Source: Pseudomonadota bacterium
GTDB lineage: Bacteria; SZUA-182; DTGQ01
DNA: 12,790 nt
Assembly: GCA_030625085.1 (NCBI GenBank)
Contig: DAOURK010000144.1
Location: 1-12,790, forward strand
Direction of reading: 5' to 3'
Shown: piece after piece, positions 6,455 through 12,790 of the stretch
Position numbering within the stretch: position 1 is the first letter of the stretch
Layout of the letters: every line of letters starts with the position of its first letter
Translations under genes and position numbers: made by a program
The notes under the pieces: generated by a model
What the model was told of the DNA's origin: nothing
Seen by the model: the letters and a program-made list of their open reading frames with translations, nothing else
Database searches by the model: none

Positions 6455-8095
6455 TTATATCTGAAGATACCAATCGGGATCGGGATCAGCAAAAATTTCT
6501 TCCCGATCCTCACATTCTTTCAAAAAATTCATATCATTATCGCCTATATTTGAATCCTGTTCCCATTTATAAGCCAGTTGAACAAGTTTTTTAAAATCCT
6601 CATGATGTTCGACTAACCTTCTGCTCCCATGATCTTTAGTGCTATTGGTGGAAATCATGAACTCCCAGTCAGAAGATTGAAGGATGAGTAATTCCCGGAT
6701 ACACTGGCGAAGAATTCTTTGAAGAAAAGCATCTTTCTGATCTCGAAAATGACTAGCCAAACGGCACATTTCTTCTTCAGCCGAATAAATCCTCTCCCAT
6801 ACCCATTCCAGCCCATTATTGATCCAGGTACTGCTGTCGGCATTTTTACCCCAAGATGATTCGGGTAACCGGACATATTCTGAAGAAGAATATTTTTCCC
6901 TGTAAGCAGAACAGGTAAGCAGACTTATTTCCGGATCACTATGAATCCATTTCAACAACTCATAAAGCCACGTGGGCCCTTCAAACCACCAATGGCCAAA
7001 TAATTCAGCATCAAAAGCAGCGACTTTCAAGCCTGCTTTATTGGTTTTGAAAAATTGACTCTTAAGGGTCCTTTTAATAGACCATTTGTAGTGACCTGCA
7101 TGTTGTATAATCAAATCTTTAACCGGTTCAGGAGAATAGACTTTTTTATACTCCATATCCAAGCGTTTATCAGTAATCCTCCAGTAACGATTACCGCTTC
7201 CCCAATGCTTTTTATGAAAGTCAAGATATTCGCCCTCTCCCGGATATCCGACATCAAAATTCCAGATCTGCGCAGAAAGTTTTGTGTCTCGAACAAACAA
7301 AGTGACAGGGGTTTGCTGTAAATGAGAATTATCGAGATAATAGGTGCTCCAAGGGATTTTCTCAACTTCGGCCGAGGAGCTTTTCTGAAATTGTTCTTGA
7401 TCAACAATGAAATAATACAAGCCGTTTTTGGCCAGCAATTCCTCAACCCCCGGTCGATAATAAGCCTGATGGTGTTTGCGATTCGTGAGAGGAAACGACC
7501 AATTACCAGAAGGACGGTAGCCGCATTCAGAGAGCCATATACCAGCAGGAGACCTCCCGAAAAGACGCTCATAGCTTAATCGGGCCATGCGAAGCTGGGC
7601 ATTGATACTGACATCTTTGGAAAGGGCCGGGAAATAAGAATGGGTAGCTGCACAGGTTATGATTTCAATGTGGCCTTCATCCTGTAAACGACGAAAGGCG
7701 TTAATAATATTTCCTTCATATTCATCCTGGAAAAGCCGTTTAGTTTTGTAGTAAAATTTTTTCCATAGCACAGCCAGCCTTTGCATCATGGGATCATTTG
7801 AGGTAAATTTTTTCTCTTCTTCCCAGGAAAAATATATCTTTTGATCACAATAATTTTGAAATTCTTCCCTAAAGTAATTCGTAACTAATTGCTCGGCCAG
7901 TACAGGTGAAATATTAATGGTGACTTTAGGTGAAATCCCCGTTCGAATCAACCGGTATAAGATATTAAGCAAAGGGATATAGGTTTCTGCAGCAGCTTCA
8001 TAAAGCCACTCTTCATTCATACGGTCGTGATGAAGAACATAGGGAATGTGAGAATGAAGAATTAAGATATAGGTACCTAAAAAATCATTGCTCAT
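6455..8095 (-). CDS. GH57-family 1,4-alpha-glucan branching enzyme
   Basis: The N-terminal LHSHIPYVLHHDRMNEEWLYEAAAETYIPLL is typical of GH57 branching enzymes. GIWLSECGY is the nucleophile region. FDAELFGHWWFEG matches the conserved GH57 branching-enzyme motif. Length is 546 aa. Confidence 0.85.
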   Translation of the reverse strand: MSNDFLGTYILILHSHIPYVLHHDRMNEEWLYEAAAETYIPLLNILYRLIRTGISPKVTINISPVLAEQLVTNYFREEFQNYCDQKIYFSWEEEKKFTSNDPMMQRLAVLWKKFYYKTKRLFQDEYEGNIINAFRRLQDEGHIEIITCAATHSYFPALSKDVSINAQLRMARLSYERLFGRSPAGIWLSECGYRPSGNWSFPLTNRKHHQAYYRPGVEELLAKNGLYYFIVDQEQFQKSSSAEVEKIPWSTYYLDNSHLQQTPVTLFVRDTKLSAQIWNFDVGYPGEGEYLDFHKKHWGSGNRYWRITDKRLDMEYKKVYSPEPVKDLIIQHAGHYKWSIKRTLKSQFFKTNKAGLKVAAFDAELFGHWWFEGPTWLYELLKWIHSDPEISLLTCSAYREKYSSSEYVRLPESSWGKNADSSTWINNGLEWVWERIYSAEEEMCRLASHFRDQKDAFLQRILRQCIRELLILQSSDWEFMISTNSTKDHGSRRLVEHHEDFKKLVQLAYKWEQDSNIGDNDMNFLKECEDREEIFADPDPDWYLQI

Positions 8096-8328
8096 GAGTC
8101 TCTTCTTATGTAATTTGATCTACTAACAGCCTTAATTTTTTTGCTTTGTGATTCCTAATGCGGCAGGTGTAAAAGTGAAAAATTATTGTATAGAAATAAT
8201 TCTATTGCGTCAACAAGTTTTTAAGAAATAAATATTTACAATATTTCGGACTTTTGATAGAATTTACCATTATTCTTTCAGATGAAAAAGCTGGGTTAAT
8301 CAATCAATAAAAAATCCAGAGGTAAAGC

Positions 8329-8913
8329 ATGCATAATTGGACAATAAAATATTTCCTCCCACTCTTTTTATCCTTATTTTTTTTCGTTACTCCTTCTTCG
8401 GCTTGGTTTTCTAGAGCAAAAATTATAGAATTTACCATTACGAATAATAATTATGTTTGTATCAACGCCAAAGTGAAAGGCGCCTTCACTGAAGGAATCA
8501 CTGAAGCCATTAATAGCGGGATCCCTACAACATTTAAATATTATATTGAATTAAGGAAACACCATTTGTTTTGGTTTGATAAAAAAGTTGTAAAAAAATT
8601 AATCCAACATCGAGTAAAGTATGACACCCTGAAAAAGGAATACCGGGTTACCATAGATAATGGAATTTCTCCTCAAGTGAAAATTTCCGGAAACGAAGAA
8701 GAGATGAAAAAATGGATGGCCAGTATAGATTCACTCCAATTTGTGCCTTCACAAAAGATACACCCTGGTAAAAAATACCAAATCAGGCTTAAGGCTGAAA
8801 TGAAATGTATTAAAATGCCTTTCCCTTTGAATTATTTGTTGTCTTATATTTCATTTTGGGATTTTGATACCCCATGGGTCAGCTTACGAATACCGCCTAA
8901 ATTCACTGATTAA
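8329..8913 (+). CDS. DUF4390-family secreted/periplasmic protein, the family often encoded immediately upstream of ntrY-like kinases
   Basis: Signal peptide (MHNWTIKYFLPLFLSLFFFVTPSSA). The core SGIPTTFKYYIELRKHHLFWFDKKVVKKLIQHRVKYDTLKKEYRV resembles my recollection of DUF4390. A strong RBS (AGAGGTAAAGC-ATG) is present and the gene sits directly upstream of an NtrY-type kinase. Confidence 0.65.
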   Translation: MHNWTIKYFLPLFLSLFFFVTPSSAWFSRAKIIEFTITNNNYVCINAKVKGAFTEGITEAINSGIPTTFKYYIELRKHHLFWFDKKVVKKLIQHRVKYDTLKKEYRVTIDNGISPQVKISGNEEEMKKWMASIDSLQFVPSQKIHPGKKYQIRLKAEMKCIKMPFPLNYLLSYISFWDFDTPWVSLRIPPKFTD

Positions 8914-9140
8914 ACATTTGCAAATTCTACACCTTTACTATAGTATTTCAGATATTAAATTTCATGCACTAATTTTTCTATAATGTATTATTGTATGAAT
9001 ATCTGTTATGAAATTATTTATCTAAAAATCTATACCACCAAAAAAAATACATGCCTACCAAATTGATACATCAAGTAAATTACCACGATCTTGTCGGCGG
9101 TTTTGACTAAGAATAAATTCATTCATGGATTTTATAAAAG

Positions 9141-11345
9141 ATGGAAAAAGCTGAAAAAATTGACGGCACGGGCCAAAAATGGAAGCTCATTATTGGCCTC
9201 ATTATTTTGATTGTTATTTTAACCGCCACTGAAACAATCATTTATCAATTGCGGACCCATGTTAATATTGCCGACAATGTTTTAATTCTGGTAGCTTTAA
9301 ATCTCAATATTATCCTCCTGGTAATCCTTGTTTTGCTGGTGTCACGGAATCTGGTAAAATTATATTTTGAGCGTAAACGTAATGTTTTAGGAGCAAAATT
9401 TCGTACCAAATTAATCATTTCGTTTGTCGGATTTTCTCTTATCCCATGTGTCTTACTTTTTCTGGTAGCCAGTGATTTAATTAACACCAGTGTTGACAGA
9501 TGGTTTACTGCACAAAATGAAGAACCCTTACGAAAAGCCTTAAAAGTGGCGCAAATCTATTATGATACTGAGTTAGGAAATGCTTTTAGTAAAACCCGTG
9601 AATTAAGCAAAGCTATTACTAAAAAAGCCTTACTCGACACAGGCAAGGAGGATGAATTAACATCTGCGATAAAAAAAATCCAGGAAAATTTTAACCTAGG
9701 CGTGGTTAAGATATTTAGTTCTACCAAAGAAGAAATTGCCCACCTTGAAAATGAAAGGATACCTCAAAGCCGTTTTATTAATCCAGTGTCAGACTTGGTG
9801 ACGAAAGCATTGGCAGGCCAGGAATTTTCCATTATTCGAAAAACCTATCAAGGTGATTTAATCGATGGAGTTGTTCCAATTATTTCCAAATGGAGGGAAA
9901 AAGATGTTGTCGGAGCATTAGTTTTTAACATTTTTGATCCCCACAGTCTCATGGAAGAGATCAATGATATTAAAAATTCATATGAAAAATACAAACAGCG
10001 AAAAATTTTTAAAGCTCCGGTCAAAAGTACTTATATTATAACCTTTTTGCTCATTACGTTATTAATTATCTTTTCAGCTACCTGGTTTGGTATCTATCTG
10101 GCCAAAAGCATAACCATTCCCATTCAAAAACTGGCTGAAGGAACACGCAAAGTAGCTTTAGGAAACTGGGATTATAAAGTTACGGCTCAAGCAAATGATG
10201 AAATAGGAATGCTCATCACCTCCTTCAATAAAATGACGAATGATCTGCATTCAGTCCATCAAAGTCTGCAAACAAGCAACCTGGAGTTAGATCAAAGAAG
10301 AGATTATATTGAGACAGTATTAGAAAACATAGCCTCAGGAGTTATTACCATTGGAAGAGATGGGAAGGTTACCACCATCAATAAGGCAGCCACGAAAATG
10401 CTGCGCCTCTCTAAAAAAGAACCGATAGGGGTTCATTATCAAACCCTTTTTGATACTCCAAATTTGCAGACACTCTATCTTTTACTTTATGATGTGGCAA
10501 AAAGGGAAAAAGCAGTTTATGAAAAAGAAATTCATCTCCCTATAGAAGGGATAGGGCTCAACCTGCTGGCCAGTGTATCAATCCTCCTTGACAAAGAAAA
10601 CCGATATATGGGAATGGTGTGTGCTTTTGATGATCTAACACAATTGATGAAAGCACAAAAAGTAGCTGCCTGGCAAGAAGTAGCACGCCGTCTGGCCCAT
10701 GAAATTAAAAATCCCTTAACGCCAATTCAGCTTTGCACACAACGTTTAAGGAAAAAATTCTATGAAGGGGCAGAGGGGTATAAGGATATTTTTGAAGAGT
10801 GTACAGAGACGATTATTCAGGAAGTAAATGATTTAAAAACAATGATTGATGAATTTTCTCAATTTGCCAGGATGCCTGTCCCCAATTTTAAGCTCGAAGA
10901 CATTAATGATCTGCTTAATACAGTTATTTCACGATATCAGCAAATGTATCCAAATATTCAGTTCAAACAAAAATTTTCACCAGATCTTCCGATGATCAAC
11001 CTTGACCGGGAGCAAATAAAAAGAGTCTTTATCAATTTGTTTGATAACGCAATTGATGCTATAATAGAGAGTAATCTGACTAAAAAAAATATAACTATAG
11101 TAAGTAGTTATGATCGAACTACGTCTAAGGTAGGCATACACATTTGTGATAATGGGAAAGGAATATCACCTGAAAATAAAGCCAAACTTTTCGTGCCTTA
11201 TTTTTCCAGCAAAAAAGAAGACCGGGGGCTTGGTTTAGCTATTGTTCATCGGATCATTAATGATCACAACGGTAGCATCAGTGTTGAAGACTATCAACCG
11301 AAAGGAACAAAATTTATTTTAATGTTTCCTGTTCAAACAGTCTGA
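9141..11345 (+). CDS. ntrY: NtrY-like sensor histidine kinase (multi-TM, HAMP, PAS, HisKA, HATPase_c)
   Basis: N-terminal TM helices, then a later TM followed by a HAMP segment (IPIQKLAEGTRKVALGNWDYKVTAQANDEIGMLITSFNKMTNDL). A PAS-like region (IETVLENIASGVITIGRDGKVTTINKAA) precedes the H-box (ARRLAHEIKNPLTPIQL). The kinase N, G1 and G2 boxes are present (NLFDNAIDA; ICDNGKGIS; GLGLAIVHRII). Confidence 0.9.
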   Translation: MEKAEKIDGTGQKWKLIIGLIILIVILTATETIIYQLRTHVNIADNVLILVALNLNIILLVILVLLVSRNLVKLYFERKRNVLGAKFRTKLIISFVGFSLIPCVLLFLVASDLINTSVDRWFTAQNEEPLRKALKVAQIYYDTELGNAFSKTRELSKAITKKALLDTGKEDELTSAIKKIQENFNLGVVKIFSSTKEEIAHLENERIPQSRFINPVSDLVTKALAGQEFSIIRKTYQGDLIDGVVPIISKWREKDVVGALVFNIFDPHSLMEEINDIKNSYEKYKQRKIFKAPVKSTYIITFLLITLLIIFSATWFGIYLAKSITIPIQKLAEGTRKVALGNWDYKVTAQANDEIGMLITSFNKMTNDLHSVHQSLQTSNLELDQRRDYIETVLENIASGVITIGRDGKVTTINKAATKMLRLSKKEPIGVHYQTLFDTPNLQTLYLLLYDVAKREKAVYEKEIHLPIEGIGLNLLASVSILLDKENRYMGMVCAFDDLTQLMKAQKVAAWQEVARRLAHEIKNPLTPIQLCTQRLRKKFYEGAEGYKDIFEECTETIIQEVNDLKTMIDEFSQFARMPVPNFKLEDINDLLNTVISRYQQMYPNIQFKQKFSPDLPMINLDREQIKRVFINLFDNAIDAIIESNLTKKNITIVSSYDRTTSKVGIHICDNGKGISPENKAKLFVPYFSSKKEDRGLGLAIVHRIINDHNGSISVEDYQPKGTKFILMFPVQTV

Positions 11346-11411
11346 TACTTCAATTTCACCCATATCTCAAGAATTACCAACAGTAGTTCAGGAGGGAATC
11401 GCACCCAGTCT

Positions 11412-12131
11412 ATGATGGTGTTAGGTATAGAAACTGCTACAATGGCAGGAAGCGTGTCTTTGGTGAATGAGCACGAGATTCTGGCTGAGTCCCTGGTGAA
11501 TAATGTAACCGGTCATGCTGAACGGCTATTGAAAGAGATAGATCAGATTCTTATTGATACAAATAAATCAACAGAAGAATGTGATGCTGTTGCAGTTTCC
11601 CTTGGCCCGGGATCATTCACTGGTCTTCGAATCGGCGTAAGTACAGCCAAGGCTTTTGCCTATGCCATTCAAAAACCCATCATAGGGATATCAACGTTGG
11701 AGACTTTATCTTGCAACCTTTCATGTGTTTCTCACCGCTTCATTTGTCCTATGATTGATGCTAAAAAAAAAGAAGTTTTTACCGCCCTATACAAATGGGT
11801 TGATGGAAAATTGGATATGATAATTCCCGAAAAAACCGTGCCTCCATTATATATGATTGATCAGTTAGATCATTCACAAGAAACCATTTTTTTAGGGAAT
11901 GGTTCACAATTATATGCGACAACAATTCAAACAAAATTTGGCCATAAGGGCATATTTGCTCCTTTTTATCATAATTTACCGAAAGCATCGATAGTGGCCG
12001 GCCTAGGATTAAGCCGCTTCATGGAGAAAAAATACGATGCAGTCGAAACATTAGTTCCAAAATATTTACGTCTTTCAGACGCGGAAATAAATTATACTAA
12101 AAACCACATTAAATGCCCTCCACATCACTAA
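11412..12131 (+). CDS. tsaB: tRNA threonylcarbamoyladenosine (t6A) biosynthesis protein TsaB (YeaZ family)
   Basis: N-terminal LGIETATMAGSVSLV and GPGSFTGLRIGVSTAKAFAYA match the TsaB/YeaZ ASKHA-fold signature. Length is 239 aa. An ATG at 11415 is an alternative start. The AGGAGGG upstream is about 16 nt away, which is rather far. Confidence 0.8.
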   Translation: MMVLGIETATMAGSVSLVNEHEILAESLVNNVTGHAERLLKEIDQILIDTNKSTEECDAVAVSLGPGSFTGLRIGVSTAKAFAYAIQKPIIGISTLETLSCNLSCVSHRFICPMIDAKKKEVFTALYKWVDGKLDMIIPEKTVPPLYMIDQLDHSQETIFLGNGSQLYATTIQTKFGHKGIFAPFYHNLPKASIVAGLGLSRFMEKKYDAVETLVPKYLRLSDAEINYTKNHIKCPPHH

Positions 12132-12303
12132 AAAAATATATCCCATAAAACAGTGGTGTCAAAGAGGTACCTTAAAAAGGAGGTGATTTTTAAAATATTT
12201 TAGCTTCATCAAGTTTTTTACACTAGTAGTAATAACATATTTTCCAAATCCTCTTTTTACCTATTACCTTTAGGGGGGAGAGGAACAAAGAAAGGATGAC
12301 ACT

Positions 12304-12790
12304 GTGAAAACGAAAAAAAGCGGGTTTTTGAAAAAATTTTTACTTTGCACTTTTGTCTTGTCAATTTTATCAGTATGGAGTATTGCTCCTGTAGCCCAAG
12401 CCCAAATACTTGGTGGCCTTAATCCCATGATGATGGGACAAATGGCAATGAATCAAATGTTTTCAAGCCCCATTATGATGCAAGGGATGATGATGAATCC
12501 CATGATGAGCATGTATGGTGCTGGAGCCGGCGGTTACGGTGGATATGCCGGTTACGGTATGTCCTCCCCTTATAGTGGTTACGGCGGCTATGGGTCCAGT
12601 GGATACGGCGGTTATGGTATGCAGTCCCCTTACAGCGGATATGGGTCCAGTGGATATGGCGGTTATGGTATGCAGTCCCCTTACAGTGGATATGGCAGTA
12701 GCTATGGCGGTTATGGTATGCAGTCCCCTTACAGTGGATATGGCAGTAGCTATGGCGGTTATGGTATGCAGTCCCCTTACAGTGGATATG
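12304..12790 (+). CDS. Partial CDS running off the window: secreted protein with a signal peptide, a methionine-rich segment and Gly/Tyr-rich tandem repeats
   Basis: The ATG at 12296 hits a stop after 3 codons. A GTG at 12304, with AAGGA 8 nt upstream, opens a frame that runs to the window end. It translates as VKTKKSGFLKKFLLCTFVLSILSVWSIAPVAQA/QILGGLNPMMMGQMAMNQMFSSPIMMQGMMMNPMMSMYGAG, then (GGYGMQSPYSGYGSS[G]Y)n. The n-region, hydrophobic core and AQA cleavage site form a classic Sec signal peptide. Confidence 0.6.
   Translation, partial: MKTKKSGFLKKFLLCTFVLSILSVWSIAPVAQAQILGGLNPMMMGQMAMNQMFSSPIMMQGMMMNPMMSMYGAGAGGYGGYAGYGMSSPYSGYGGYGSSGYGGYGMQSPYSGYGSSGYGGYGMQSPYSGYGSSYGGYGMQSPYSGYGSSYGGYGMQSPYSGY
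12607..12790 (+). repeat. Tandem direct repeats of 48 nt, preceded by one 51-nt variant unit. The units 12658-12705 and 12706-12753 are nucleotide-identical, and the partial unit 12754-12790 is identical up to the window edge. More degenerate GY-repeat copies start around 12526.
   Basis: Direct reading of the sequence. The unit is ggcggttatggtatgcagtccccttacagtggatatggcagtagctat. Confidence 0.9.

Noticed and set aside
3322-7579. Multiple antisense or alternate-frame ORFs inside the large CDSs (for example 3322-3645-, 3685-3982-, 4399-4849-, 4886-5167-, 5328-5750-, 5838-6473 various, 6655-6876-, 7055-7579 various)
   Set aside because: Each is embedded in a longer CDS with clear conserved motifs in another frame. 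None has an independent RBS or recognisable domain.
8096-8328. Searched the divergent intergenic regions (8096-8328 and 8914-9140) for sigma54 -24/-12 elements (TGGCAC-N5-TTGC) that might go with the NtrY system
   Set aside because: No convincing match. The only TGGCAC in the window (positions 22-27) has no TTGC at the right spacing and is at the wrong locus. There are AT-rich TATAAT-like hexamers (for example 8979-8984) but no specific supporting -35.
9245-9487. 80-aa minus-strand ORF inside ntrY, and a 69-aa minus-strand ORF inside tsaB (11779-11988)
   Set aside because: Both are antisense to well-supported genes and have no supporting signals.
12177-12186. Near-perfect Shine-Dalgarno AAGGAGGTGA in the tsaB / repeat-protein intergenic region
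   Set aside because: No ATG, GTG or TTG lies within 4-13 nt downstream. The sequence continues TTTTTAAAATATTTTAG, so it is not a translation start. It is likely chance, or part of an untranslated leader of the downstream gene.
12132-12303. Looked for rho-independent terminators after tsaB and at the convergent junction 6426-6454
   Set aside because: Only 4-bp palindromes, for example around the KpnI-like GGTACC at 12166-12171. There is no GC-rich stem followed by a T-tract.

Overview
Low-GC (roughly 40%) bacterial chromosomal window with eight complete CDSs and one partial CDS at the 3' edge. Most are housekeeping genes: ftsH (minus strand), a GH57-type alpha-glucan branching enzyme (minus strand), a DUF4390 protein followed by an NtrY-like sensor histidine kinase, and tsaB. 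Two regions stand out. (1) A compact three-gene plus-strand cassette at 2369..6425, transcribed divergently from ftsH. It encodes a PqqD-like N-terminal domain fused to a six-helix M50 (site-2-protease-like) intramembrane metalloprotease. Next is a full SPFH/stomatin (band-7) domain fused to a radical SAM enzyme with a C-terminal SPASM (extra 4Fe-4S cluster) domain. Last is a second radical SAM/SPASM enzyme whose start overlaps the previous stop. This looks like a RiPP-type peptide-maturation system with an unusual membrane-scaffold fusion. I could not find a precursor peptide in the window. (2) A partial secreted protein at the 3' edge has a signal peptide, a methionine-rich segment and Gly/Tyr-rich repeats encoded by nucleotide-identical 48-nt tandem units. 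No CRISPR arrays, tRNA/rRNA genes, transposases or integrases were recognised.
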